A stretch of DNA of 62,586 bases, filler included, from Malassezia furfur (GCA_052055015.1; 11 parts of 11 records of this genome joined end to end with filler, not necessarily neighbours in it); one strand, 5' to 3'; shown: positions 23,034 to 34,354, counted from the first letter of the whole stretch. Notes: generated by a model not told the origin, from the letters alone. Numbers and translations are program-made.

Positions 23034-25589
23034 TGCGTCGCGTGCGGGGGCGGCGGCGGTCGCAGCCACGGCGGCAGCGGCGGCCGACGTGCGCGTCGGC
23101 GACGTAGGGGGCGCATTGTTGGTGTTTGCCGCCTGTGCGATGCTTGCGCCGTACTGTTCGTGGACGCGCTTGGCGACCGTGAGCGCTGTGAGCAATTTGC
23201 GCCACCCCTTGATGGCGCGGGCCTGGCGCTTGGCATGCTCGGTGGCGGCCGCCTGCTGCTCGGCCATGGCGATGGCCTCCCATACGGCCTGGGCCTGCTC
23301 GGTGGGAACGACGACGCCCTGGATGTTGGGCACGCTGCGGAACTTGCGGAACTCGAAGCCCACGACCGCCTCGGCGTAGCTCACGCCGAGCCCCTTGGCG
23401 GCCTTGGCGGCGAGAGCGTGGGGGATGTGGGTGCCGCCGGCGGGCAGCATGCTCGGCACAAAGAGGTCGACGCGCCCAAACGCATTGCGCGGCACTTGGC
23501 CGTCGCGTACGGGCGGCGGCACGTACACCTCGGTCTGTGCGCGTGCGTAGAGGGCCTCGGTGGCGTCGTCGAGGCCCTCGGCACGTGCCTGCTCCTCGAG
23601 GCGCTTCGACTGGAGCGTGTAGGTGCGCGCCTTGACGGTCTTGAGCGGCTGCTCGCCCTCGCGCACGACGCGGCCCTGATTGAACCATTGCCGGGCGGAC
23701 TGCAACTGTACAACGTTCGCGCGCAGGTACACCGGTTTGCCCTGAAAGGTGCCGACGCGGTGCGGCGGGTGGATGACCTGCTCGCGACGCAGAAACTGCT
23801 CAAGGCAAAACACGGGGTGGTCCTTGAACGCATTCAGACTGGTCGGCATTGGCTCGCGCGCCGCCGTGTCGGCCAGCTCGACGTCCTCCATCGCGTCGCG
23901 GTCCAGGCGCTGCGGACGGTGCAGCGCACGCACCACCGACGCCCACCACGTTGCCTGCGCCGCGTCCGGCACCGTCGCACGCCCGACCGCCGCGGGGCGC
24001 TGGCGTGCGACCTTGGTGTGCAGCGTGCGCGTGTAGCGCGCCGTGACGTCGCGCGCGTAGCCGTCTTCTTCAAAGCCCACCACGTACACCAGCCGGTTCT
24101 GCTGGTTCGTCGGCGCGGGCTCCATGTGCTTGTTGCCCGTGACGCGTACCAGTGCGCGGATCGGATCGACGGTGATCCAGTGCTGGTACGGCTTGCTAAA
24201 CACCTCGACCCACACCGTCGGCGGCGCGCGCATGTCGAGCGGCTCGACGTAGTAGTCCTCGTCGCGCTTCGACGACGTGCGCCGCCGCCGCTGCACACGC
24301 AGGCGCGCATCGGCGTCGTGCGGCGCCTCGTCATCGCTTGTCACGACGCGCTCGCGGGCGCGCAGAGCCCGCGCGCCTGCGCCCGGCGTCTTGGCCGCGC
24401 CGGCCGTGCAGGCGCCGACCTGTACGCTGACGACGAGGCGCGCAGGCACACCGAGGGCGCGGCACAGCGCGCAAAAGAGCATGGCGCTCGTCTCGTGCGT
24501 GCCAATGCGTGCGTGCGTCGCCTCGACAAGGTCTGCGGGCGCGCGCGGCGCGCGGCTGGGCAGCAGGCGCAGATAGGTCGGCGTGGACGTCGAAGTGCCG
24601 GGGGGGAAGATGGCGACCTCCATAGGTGCGGCACTTCGGCGCTGCTTCGGCTTTGCGGCGCGCTGCTGTTTGTGCCGTGCATCGCGCTCGGCAGGCGTCT
24701 CGGTGAGCCAGCCGTCGATCCACGTGTGTGGCGGCACACGGCGGCCGACGACGAGGTCCGTGCTCGGTTGCCGCCACGCGGTTTCGGCAGAGTGCGTGGC
24801 ATGCAGCCGAAAGCGCGATGCCCACCAGCGCACGAGGTCGTGCAGGAACGCCTCAAAGAGGCGCACACGTTCGCGCCGCTCCGGCTCGCGTTTTGGATGG
24901 ATCGCCTGGAGCTTGTGGAGCAGATGGTCCGGCACGGTGTCGAGGAGCGTCTCGCGCACCTCGGCGTCGTTGCACCACGCGTTGCGGATGCGTGCGGCGG
25001 CCAGGAGCGCCAGCACGTGGACCTGGTGCACCAGGATGCGATTCTTGCGGTCGCGCGGCGTCCACAGCGGAGCGGTGCGCCGCTGTGCCTTGCGTGGCGA
25101 CGCGTCCGGCGCTGTGCCGGGCAGCACGACCTGCAGCGGCGCCGCCTGTGCGTGGGGCGTACTGGCACCGGACTCGGGGTGCGGCACGTCCGCATCCGTT
25201 GGCGCATCGGACGACGGCGCGGAGTACATACTAGCGTACAGCGATGGATCGATTGCCACGTCGTCCATGTCGAGGTCCGCATCCGAGTCGCCACCCGCGT
25301 AAGGCGCACAGTCGACCTCTTCAAGATCTGCGTCGGAGTCCCCGTGCGTAGATGGGGCGTCGCGTGGGGCGGCATCGCCGGCGTCGCCGGCGCCGCCGTC
25401 GTCGTCGTCGCTGAGCTGCGTGAGGTCGACGTGCAAGGGCACCGCCGACGTCGCTTCCTGCGCGCCAGAGGCATGCTCTGACGCTTCCGAATCGCTCACG
25501 TCATGTACATCGTGCACCTCCTCGGTGACGTGCGCATGCGCAGCACGCACGTCGTCGCCTGCGCGGCGCGATGCGGCACGCCGGGCCAT
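23034..25589 (-). CDS. RAD4: XPC/Rad4 DNA damage recognition protein (3' end at gap; start 25589 or 25655)
   Basis: Transglutaminase-like domain 'FCALCRALGVPARLVVS', 'VWVEVFS', 'RDVTARY'; BHD domains 'FKDHPVFCLEQFLRREQ', 'VPRNAFGRVDLF', 'YAEAVVGFEF'. Confidence 0.93.
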
Positions 25590-25686
25590 TCGTCGCCACC
25601 CGCGTGTGGAGGTGGAGGGCAGAAATCTCGGCACGGTCAAGGTTACATCGTACATTCGCGCTGGTCTATCGCTACAAGGGGGCTAA

Positions 25687-28347
25687 TCACCACATGTTGA
25701 TTGTCTGCGCGGATTCGTCCGGATTTGCTGGCTTGGGGAACCCGTCGAACATCCGGAGAAGGTCGTCGGTGAAAGGGCTAAGCGAGGCCATGGGCAGGTT
25801 AAACTGGTTGGACGCAATGGAATCGCGGGAGGGCGCAACGAACGCCGTGTCCAGTGCCGAAATGTTCGAGAGCCACTCGTTTGGGTCTGCAGCAGGCATG
25901 GGCAGCGGCAGGGAAAACATAGGGTCCGTTGGCGGCGCCATCTCGCTGCTTGCGACCGGTATAGGAGGGATCGGTGACGTACGCTGGTGCTGGGGCATGG
26001 CAAATTGCGCCCAGAACGTGTCGAGTCGGTCGTCGTTGGCGACGGCCGGAGCCCCCGGCCCATCTTCCACCATGTGAGGAAGCTGAGCGGGCGCATCGCC
26101 TGCGTACGGATTTGACGTGCCGGATGCACCGCCTTCGCGCGGAGGAGTGAGGGACGATGCGGACGGGGGCGACGTCGAGGACCGGTGATCGCGTTTGTGT
26201 CGGAGCGCGGCGTCGCGCGTGGGGCACGCAAACGACCCGTTTGCGGTGTCGCGCTCCGAGAACGGATGGCTCGATTTCATCATCCGGTTGAGCAGTGACA
26301 TGGGCTCTGCCGACGAGCACGACGCACTGCCGTCCTTGCACGGCGCGTCGGGGCGCATCTGGAGGAGACGCGCGGCCCAATGTGCGACAAAGTTGTCCTG
26401 TGCGCCAGGTGGTGCGTTGAAATTTTCCCGGAGCGCGTGTGCGGCGACGCGCTGCATCGCTTCGTAGCCCTGGCGGGCGAACGTCGTGATGGGCGAAAGG
26501 TACTGCAGCAGGCGGCTCATGATGCACAAATCCTGCACGATCTCCTCGCGCTCCTGGTCCCAGTGCTGCGTCTCGTTGCGCTCACTGAGGATGGTGAGGT
26601 GTTTGACGAGGAGTAGTGCGCCGGCGGTCGCCCAGTTCGACAGCCACCACATCCGCGCGGCCACCGACACCTGGTCGGGCACGGCCCACTCGCCTGGTTT
26701 GTTGGGCGTGTCGATGAGCGCCTTGGGCGGCACCTTCCACGAGAATGCCGCGCGGAACACGTGCAAAAGGTGGCGCGCGCTCGAGAAACACGTGTCGCGC
26801 GACAAGCGATAGCGGGGGTCGTCCCAGCCGCGCACGTAGAAGCGCAGGTGGATGCGCAGCAAAAAGTAGTCGAAGCCGGCCGCGCCGATGAAAGCGTAGA
26901 TACTCCGCGTCGACTCAGACAGACCCGGCTCATGAAGGTCCTTGGGGATGCGGGCGCGCAGGAGCATCGCCTCGTCGTGCAGCCGCCGCGTCATGGTGTA
27001 GTCGTCGTGCTGCAGATCGAGGATGGATGCCTTACTGTACAGGTGCGCGAGCCCCAAGCGGCTCTGCTCCGCCACGGTCAGGTATTTGCTTTGTTGCTCC
27101 GGCGTGCCGAACACCGAGGGGAAGCGGATCGGGTCCGGCCGGATGATGGGCAGCCGCTTGGTGGTGGTCGTGCAGAACCAGTCTTGGGCGCACAGCATCG
27201 TGAACGCGTGCACGCGCTGCGACGCCTCGCGCGGCGGCATCGACGGGGGCGGTTCGACATCCAAGTCGAGCAGCAGCGCGACGTGCACGGTCGTCTGTAG
27301 CAGACTCACGCCGATCGCCGGCGACCGGCCCGCACAGATCCCGACCGAGAGGAGCAGGGCACAGAAGATAAAGTCCATGTGCGGCTCCTCAAACACGTTG
27401 AGCGTCGACAGGCCCAGCATCGCCTCGTGGAAAAAGGGGCCATAGGCAAGCGAGTTGTCGCGGTCCTTGTACTGCTCTTTGTACTTTAAGTCGCGCGAAA
27501 ACACGATCGAGAGGCCCATCACTGCCAGGACGATGGCGTCGGTGTAGATGAGATGGGTCACCTCGTCGCGGGACAGGTGTTGTATGTAGTCAGGGTCCTC
27601 GTCGAGCCGCGCCTCGAGCGCCAGCACCTCTTTGGCACGCTCTCTCACGTCATCGGTATCCAAAAAGCGGTGCGACCAGTCCATCTCGCTAGCGTACACA
27701 TCGAGCAGTCCATGCATCGTGTGCTCGTCCGGCACGGACGCATGCATGTGCATCAACGTCCGCCGCATGCACTCTTCGTTCGACGTCTGCCACGACATGC
27801 CAAACATACCGCCAACTGTGTACGCATCCATGGTATGCACCAGGCGTTCACGCGCGCGCTTGCCTCGCGGCCGCTCATTGGCACTCAAGCTGCTCAGCGG
27901 CGAAGAGGTCGACGGACGGTCGCTCAGGCGCGCCTCGACATCGTCCAGGCGCTGCTGCAGGCGGTCGAGTTGTGACTCGATCGCGCCCATCTTTTGCAGG
28001 ACGAGTGTGTTCTTTTGCGCATCGCGGCCCGTGTGCTCGGGCACCACACCGTCTTCCCAGGTGCACGCATCCTGCTCGTTGCGGTCGCAGCACGCGCCGC
28101 AGGGCCAGCCGCGGTCGCACTTGAGCTTGCGCCGTCGGCACGGATCACAGCTCTGGGCCTTTTTGGTGCGCTTGCGCGGCGGCGCGCGCGCGGCGTCATC
28201 GTCGCGCAGGGGCGCCAGGGGCTCGGACGGCGCGCGCTCAGTCACGGCTTGTCCCGACAAAAGGTGGCCGGGCCGAGACGATGCATGCGCCGAAAACATC
28301 TTGCCGGTTGTATGCATCGGCGCGCGTGAACCCGACGCGGCCAGCAT
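25687..28347 (-). CDS. Zn(II)2Cys6 fungal transcription factor with a middle homology region (start uncertain)
   Basis: 'SCDPCRRRKLKCDRGWPCGACCDRNEQDACTW' binuclear cluster, coiled coil, fungal TF-like core and acidic C-terminus. Confidence 0.9.
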   Translation of the reverse strand: MLAASGSRAPMHTTGKMFSAHASSRPGHLLSGQAVTERAPSEPLAPLRDDDAARAPPRKRTKKAQSCDPCRRRKLKCDRGWPCGACCDRNEQDACTWEDGVVPEHTGRDAQKNTLVLQKMGAIESQLDRLQQRLDDVEARLSDRPSTSSPLSSLSANERPRGKRARERLVHTMDAYTVGGMFGMSWQTSNEECMRRTLMHMHASVPDEHTMHGLLDVYASEMDWSHRFLDTDDVRERAKEVLALEARLDEDPDYIQHLSRDEVTHLIYTDAIVLAVMGLSIVFSRDLKYKEQYKDRDNSLAYGPFFHEAMLGLSTLNVFEEPHMDFIFCALLLSVGICAGRSPAIGVSLLQTTVHVALLLDLDVEPPPSMPPREASQRVHAFTMLCAQDWFCTTTTKRLPIIRPDPIRFPSVFGTPEQQSKYLTVAEQSRLGLAHLYSKASILDLQHDDYTMTRRLHDEAMLLRARIPKDLHEPGLSESTRSIYAFIGAAGFDYFLLRIHLRFYVRGWDDPRYRLSRDTCFSSARHLLHVFRAAFSWKVPPKALIDTPNKPGEWAVPDQVSVAARMWWLSNWATAGALLLVKHLTILSERNETQHWDQEREEIVQDLCIMSRLLQYLSPITTFARQGYEAMQRVAAHALRENFNAPPGAQDNFVAHWAARLLQMRPDAPCKDGSASCSSAEPMSLLNRMMKSSHPFSERDTANGSFACPTRDAALRHKRDHRSSTSPPSASSLTPPREGGASGTSNPYAGDAPAQLPHMVEDGPGAPAVANDDRLDTFWAQFAMPQHQRTSPIPPIPVASSEMAPPTDPMFSLPLPMPAADPNEWLSNISALDTAFVAPSRDSIASNQFNLPMASLSPFTDDLLRMFDGFPKPANPDESAQTINMW

Positions 28348-28745
28348 GTGTGGGGAAGGCCGGCGCTCGCGAACAGAGTCTCCCAAGCGATAGCACGGCC
28401 GGCCCCCCGGTTGCCACCCACCCAGCAGCTAGGTCACGTGGCCTGTCCGATCGGCGGGCTCCGCGCGCGATCGCAGCCAGGGCACGCACGCGCTTTGCAC
28501 CCATGCGCGAGCCGCCGCCGCGTGACGCGCCCATGGGGCGCCCGGGGGGCGAGGAGCCCGAGCATCGGCCACGCGCGTACGGCGCACGCATGCGCGATGA
28601 TCGCATGCGCGCGGGCGGCGCGGCGCCGCGCACGCCCTGCGCGTGNNNNNNNNNNNNNNNNNNNNNNNNNNNNNNNNNNNNNNNNNNNNTTAATTAATTA
28701 ANNNNNNNNNNNNNNNNNNNNNNNNNNNNNNNNNNNNNNNNNNNN

Positions 28746-29994
28746 CATGGTCCACGTCGAGGAACAGGTCGAGCGCGTGGATCAGCGTGCTCTGCCCGGC
28801 ACTCGGGCCGGTCCACAGCGAGGGCTCCGTCGCGGCGCCCTCGAGGACCCAGCCGGGCGCACGGCCCGCGGGCGTCGAAGTATACATCGCGTCGCCCGTC
28901 TTGAACCACGGGCGGATCTGCCAGTAAAAGGTGGTGGGGTCGCATCCGTCGCGCATCTGGCGCAGCAGCGCCGTCAGCTTGCGGATGACCTCGGCGAGCT
29001 CCTCGAGGTAGCACGCAATGCGCTTCTCGGCGAGCTCGTCGACAGCGAATGCCTCGTTGAGCGACACGCGCATCAGCGTGAGCGCCTCGACACCTTGCAG
29101 CTCAATGAGCAGCGAAATGTAGTAAAAGTGCGCCTCGGACGGCGTGTTGGTAAACGTCTCTTGGATGCGCATGTTGCTCGGCACCATGCCGCGCGCAGGG
29201 TCGATCAGCGTCCAGTTCCACAGCACCGTCGTAGCGTACGTCAGCACGGGCGGCAGGCCCAGCCGGTCGCTCACCGCGACAAACGGCACGGCCAGCGACG
29301 CAGGCAGGCGGCCAATGTAGGCGGCCTCGTCGTTCGCCACCCGCCGCGCCGCGCCCCACCGCGCAAACCACCCGGTGGGCGGCTGCGCGGCGCTCGCTAC
29401 GGCCGCGGCCTTGTCGGCATCGGCCTCGTACTGGCCCACGTCGGGCTGCGCATGCATGTAAAAGTGCGTCAAAAACGCCAGGACCACACACGCTCGGCGC
29501 GCGGTCCGAATGTCGTCCAGCTGCTGTGCCGTAAGCGAGATCAGCGGCATCGCCCGGATCGCTTCGCGCCATCGGCGCGCCTCTTCACGCTGCGCCAGCG
29601 ATTCGTACCGATCGCCAATCTCGAGGGGGATGGACTTGGCCCAGTCCAGCATACCCTCCCACAGCGAGGGGGTCGCAGTGTCGTACGACGTGTGCTGCAC
29701 GTCGTAGGCAGGGCCCGCAAGGCGCTCCAGCGGAGGCTCGGGCGGTAGAAAGCCCGAACGCACATCCACGTCAAAGTCGGCCGCAGCCAAGGTCGAAGTA
29801 TCCGGGCGGCTGTCGGCAGGCCGCGGCGTCGAAGCCGCCTTGGGCATCCGGCGACTCAGGCCCGCCAGGATGTCGCGGGCGCTCCCTGCCGGCGCTGCCG
29901 GCGAACCATGCAGACTACTGCATTCTGCGTGTGCATTCGTGCACTCCCGCTCGGGCTCCCGCGCCAGAAAGTGGCCTGGCTGGATCGCCGACAT
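28746..29994 (-). CDS. BNA2: Indoleamine 2,3-dioxygenase (3' truncated; start 29994 or 29847)
   Basis: 'FDVDVRSGFLPPEPPLERL', 'LGLPPVLTYATTVLWNW', 'FYWQIRPW', 'GPSAGQSTLIHALDLFL'. Confidence 0.9.
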
Positions 29995-30090
29995 CGCCGT
30001 GGTGAGAACACAACCGGCTCCACAAAATTCTCGGCACAGTTTTATCGGGCCACCGCCTCCCGAGGTCCAGACATGAAAAAAGGTGCCCCA

Positions 30091-30570
30091 AAGACAAAAA
30101 TGAAATACTAATATGAAATACTATTACAAATGCATATCTATTTTAAATACAGAAACACTATTAAACGAAAACAAAACACTTTTATCTTAAAGATATTATA
30201 AAATAAAAGAAATTATATTGTAATAGAACTACGGTAAATAATAGATACATATAGATATTTATATTAAATATATTTAATCTATTACTAACTATAAAAACTA
30301 ATAAATACGATAAATCTAAATTATAATAAACAATTGTATGTTAAAGTTTAAATATTATGTTTATCTCTCAAAGTTTATATTTGATGGTTTGATAAATGAT
30401 TATTATAATGATATGGAGTAAAATATAAAATATATAAAATATAAATGTGTATTTTATTTTATATTAATAGTTTAAACCTTTTAACGCAGATATTTCATCG
30501 ATCGTTTACACTATTTATGATTTATAATAGTTGAACTATACTTTACTATATTTAAAAAGACTAATTATCT
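30091..30570. other. AT-rich island, putative centromere core
   Basis: Hand count of 81 G+C in 480 nt (about 17% GC) in a ~65-70% GC window; no ORF; sharp borders; matches the published description of Malassezia centromere cores as short GC troughs. Confidence 0.8.
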
Positions 30571-30649
30571 TTGTTCAGATTGGGTCTTCTGCGCCTCCTG
30601 TGGGGTAGGGAAACCGATTACGTCAAGTGGAACTTGGGCTTGCATTAGC

Positions 30650-32024
30650 ATGTGTCGACTCCTGGGTACGTGCCTGTCATGGTAACCTCGGCGACAGAGC
30701 TAACCTCGCACAGTGTTCAAAGGCACAGAGCCTATTCTCCTCTCTCATTTGCTCACACGCCCGGCGCACAGTATCATCAACCAGGTACGTTGGGCGGTCG
30801 ACCCTGCCTCCCTCCTGATACTGACACGGTATGCCAGGCGTTCGACTCACGTCTTCGCATCGACATGAACCGGCCCATCAATGTAGGTCCGGAGCAATAT
30901 GGATGGTGGCTGACACTGCTAGGGTGATGGTTTCGGTGTCGGCTGGTATGACTCGACGTGGGACTCGGAGCTCGGCGAGGCACCGTGCATCTTCACCAGT
31001 GTGACGCCCGTACGTACCCAAGGGGGGAACAGCCAGAGACTAACCTCAGGCGTGGAATAACGTCAACCTGCATCGTATTGCGGAAAAGATCAAGAGTCCC
31101 CTGGTCTTGTGCGTGTGCCCCCCTCGGAACGCTAACGGACAGTGGTCATGTACGGGCCTCGACGGCAGGGGCGCTGAGCGAGACCAACTGCCACCCCTGG
31201 CGCTATGGCCGGCTGATGTGGTGCGTACGCGTGTGCTTACCGCAGGATGCACAATGGCCAGATTTCGCAGTTTTCCAAGATCAAGCGGCGTCTGCTGGCG
31301 GCGCTGCCCGAGCCGCTGTTCCTGTGGCCCCAGGGACACACGGATTCCGAGTTTGCCTTTGCGCTGTTCCTAAGCCACCTGGGCAACCCCGAGAGCATGG
31401 ACGAGTTTAGCTACCTCGAGCTCAAAGATGCGATGCTCAAGACCATCCAAAACCTCAACCAGTGGTCGCAGGAGGCCAACATCCAGGAGCCGAGCCTGAT
31501 GAACTTTTGCGTGACGGACGGCAAGAGCATTGTCTGCACGCGCTACGTGTCGAGCAAGGTGGACGAGGCCGCGAGCCTGGTATGTGGGCGGTTGCTGACG
31601 CCAGTACTTTTCGACGGGCACGTCGTTCTACGAACACTCGGAGGGGGCCTACCGCATGGTCAAGGCCGACCGGCGGCAGAAGATTGTGGTGGTGGCGAGC
31701 GAGCCCCTCACGTTTGAAAAAGGTGCGTATGGCACACACTGATGCGCAGCGGACTGGATGGAGATTGAGTCCAATACGATCCTGTGCGTTACGCCCAACA
31801 TGAATGTGCTGCAATACCCCATCATCGACGAATACCACACCCCGCGCACGAATGCGCCTGCGCGCAACCCCGACTTTGCGATGCGCGCTGGCTTCCATTC
31901 GAACGCGCACATTCCCCCCGAGCTTCGGGAGGAGCTTCCGACCGACTCAGCGTCGCTCCAGTGCGATGCAGCGTATGCGTCCGACTTTCCGCTAGAGACG
32001 TGCGCGCGCCCCGTAGCTACATAG
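30650..32024 (+). CDS. DUG3: Class II (Ntn) glutamine amidotransferase Dug3; 9 exons, introns 30666-30713, 30785-30837, 30883-30922, 31010-31049, 31109-31142, 31221-31245, 31580-31604 and 31723-31749
   Basis: The spliced product reads 'MCRLLVFKGTEPILLSHLLTRPAHSIINQAFDSRLR..PINGDGFGVGWY..TPAWNN..FGHVRAST..NCHPW..WMHNG..GHTDSE..VASEPLT'; Cys2 nucleophile present. Confidence 0.92.
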
Positions 32025-32091
32025 GCTCTATGTGGAGGAATGCGCAAAAGGGGCCATTTCCCGCCTACGAGCGACGTTGGCGTGAGCGAGG

Positions 32092-32830
32092 ATGCATCCT
32101 GCGCTGTTGATCTTTTTGGTGTCGCTGGTGAACCAGACCATTACGTGGCTGGGCCGCGACAAGCTGCAGGAAGTGGTGCGTATGCGCGGCGAGCTCACGC
32201 AGTGTTACAAGCTGTATGCGCGCGTCGTGAACTACTCGGCGTACCGCAAGCTGAACGCGTCCAAGAAGGAGCTGTTTGCGACGCGGCAGGAGATGAATGC
32301 GACGAGTGCGCAGGACCAGTTCGCAAAGTGGGCGAAGCTGCGGCGAAAGGTGGACAAGCTGACGAGCGAGGTGGAAGCGCAGAGTGCGTACGGGGGTGTG
32401 GGCTGACGCAGACAAGGTGATTTCCTCGGGCCAGTTCTTCTTTTCGCTGCTGTTCAAGGCGCTGATGTTTGTGCTGAACATGGCGATCCCGTGGATGCTG
32501 TCGTCCTACTTCAGCAAGACGCCCATGTTCTACCTGCCGCCCGGCGACTGGTTCGGCCCGCTCGGGTACGTGTTCTCGTTTCCCAAGGCGCCCGTCGGTG
32601 CGGTGAGCACGACGGTGTGGACGATGGTGTGCGGGCGTGTGCTGTCGCTGGTGGGCGCGTACTGCCGCGAGGTGTTTGTGTCCGACCCCGTGCTGGATGC
32701 GCCGGTGGCCGAGGCGCCGGTGGCCGAGAAGCCGGTGGCCGAGGCGCCGGTGGCCGCCGCGGGCGCGGACGAGAAGGGCGGCGCGGCGGATGCGGCGCGC
32801 ACGCTGCGGGCGCGCAAGGCGGCGACGTAG
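32092..32830 (+). CDS. GET1: GET pathway ER insertase Get1/WRB; introns 32176-32202 and 32384-32411
   Basis: N-terminal TM segment, 'TSAQDQFAKWAKLRRKVDK' coiled coil, 'PMFYLPPGDWFGP..FSFPKAPVGAVS'. Confidence 0.92.
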
Positions 32831-32897
32831 AACGACCAGAGAGTAGTGGCTTCTCGATTCGCTATGGGGTGGTGGATCGGGTCGGCGCCGCGCGTAT

Positions 32898-33503
32898 TTA
32901 CAAGCGTGCGCGCATCGACGAGCCGATGCTGTACGCGTTCATGTCCTCGTTGAAGTCTTCCGGCTGCTTCGTCGCGCCGGTGGTGTCGTTGGCGGCGACG
33001 CGGTACAGCTTGGAGCGCTCGTGGCTGAGCACGCGCGAGATTTCGAGGGCCTTGTCGAGCTTGCCGCGGATCTTGAGGCGCTTGGCCTCGTACAGGGTCG
33101 TTGCGCGAGCCTTGCCCGTGGCGATGTCGACCAAGTCGCGGTCGCTGCACTCGATCACGATCTCGGCGCGGCGGCGGCGGCCAAGGAGCGTCGTCGGCGG
33201 CTTGCCGCGGCCGACGTCGATCGTCTTGTTGGTGATGTACAGGTACCACGTCTCCGGGATGAGGCGGTGGCGGTTCGCGGGGTGGTGCTTCCCCGTGGAC
33301 GACACGTCCGAGGGGTGGATCACGAACAGGTAGAGCGACGCGAGGTGCCGGCGCAGGTACGCCGGCGAGGGGAAGTTGGGCGGCGGCTTCGCGAGGAAGA
33401 GCGCGGTGAGGGCAAACACCTTGCTGGCCTCGAACCCAGGCGCATTGAGGTGCGGGTACACGGACAGGGCGTGGTTCGCGATCGGCTGCACGGCATCGGA
33501 CAT
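32898..33503 (-). CDS. SCP2 sterol/lipid-transfer domain protein with PTS1-like C-terminus (ARL)
   Basis: 'AEIVIECSDRDLVDIATGK..LYEAKRLKIRGKLDKALEI' fits the SCP2 fold signature; ends 'MRARL*'. Confidence 0.75.
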   Translation of the reverse strand: MSDAVQPIANHALSVYPHLNAPGFEASKVFALTALFLAKPPPNFPSPAYLRRHLASLYLFVIHPSDVSSTGKHHPANRHRLIPETWYLYITNKTIDVGRGKPPTTLLGRRRRAEIVIECSDRDLVDIATGKARATTLYEAKRLKIRGKLDKALEISRVLSHERSKLYRVAANDTTGATKQPEDFNEDMNAYSIGSSMRARL

Positions 33504-33658
33504 GGTGATGAAGGTGGTGATCCCCGGAGCCGGACGGGCGCCCGGCGCAGCCCCACGCCACGGTGCGCCGGGGCCACGCCGTCCCCACGCCCGGGTGCTG
33601 ACCCCCGCTCACCTAAGCGCCACGTGCGGCTTGGCGGGCCCTCCTGTGCGCGACGGCC

Positions 33659-34354
33659 ATGGGCGACCTCGCGGCGCGCGTAGCGGCGCTCGAGGAGGAG
33701 AAGCGCAAGCTTCTGTCCAGCTGGCAGCGCGAGCGCGACGAGAATGCACACACAAGAGGTACGTCGGCGCGCCTGACCCAGACGAGCTCGCCGCGCTCAC
33801 GGCGCGCAACCAGTCGCTGCGCACGGAGCTGGCGCAGTCGGCGCGTGCGCTCGAGGCAGCCCAGGGCGCCGAGCACACGAGCGAGGTGCGTTGGCGCTAC
33901 GGGCCCTACTTACGCAGTTCAAGGCGCGTGCGCTCGAGCAGCAGCTCGCGCTTGCGCGCGACGACACCGCGTGGGCGCGCGCCGAGCTCGCCAAGGAGCA
34001 CGAAGCAAGTGCGTCGGCGCGCGCGGAGCTGTCGGCGCGCCTGACGCGCGCCGAGACCGCGCTCGAGCTCGTGACGCAGGAGCGGCAGAGCGCCGCGGCG
34101 CAGCTCGCGCACGTCGAGCGTGCGCTCGCCGATGCACAGGCGCGGCACACCGACGTCGCCGAGCGTCTTGCGGCGCTGCAGACGTCGTCGGCCGCCGACG
34201 CACAGGCCGCGCGCCTCGAGCTCGACACGCTGCGCCGGAGCGTCGCGCTGAGCGACGCGCGCGTCGAGCATGCCGAGCAGCGCGCCGCACAGCTCGAGAC
34301 GGCGTGCGACGAGCTGGTCGCGCAGTGCGGCGCGCGCGAGGATGCGGCGCAGCG
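33659..34354 (+). CDS. MLP1: Nuclear basket coiled-coil protein Mlp1/TPR, N-terminal fragment; introns 33759-33781 and 33886-33917
   Basis: Continuous coiled coil after splicing; 'FKARALEQQLALARDDTAWARAEL' resembles the Mlp1/TPR LxQExELxxxxxxWxxxEL motif. Confidence 0.65.

Noticed and set aside
30091..30570. AT island as a horizontally acquired gene or transposon
   Set aside because: No ORF, terminal repeats or target-site duplication seen; a centromere core fits better. A NUMT cannot be fully excluded without a search.
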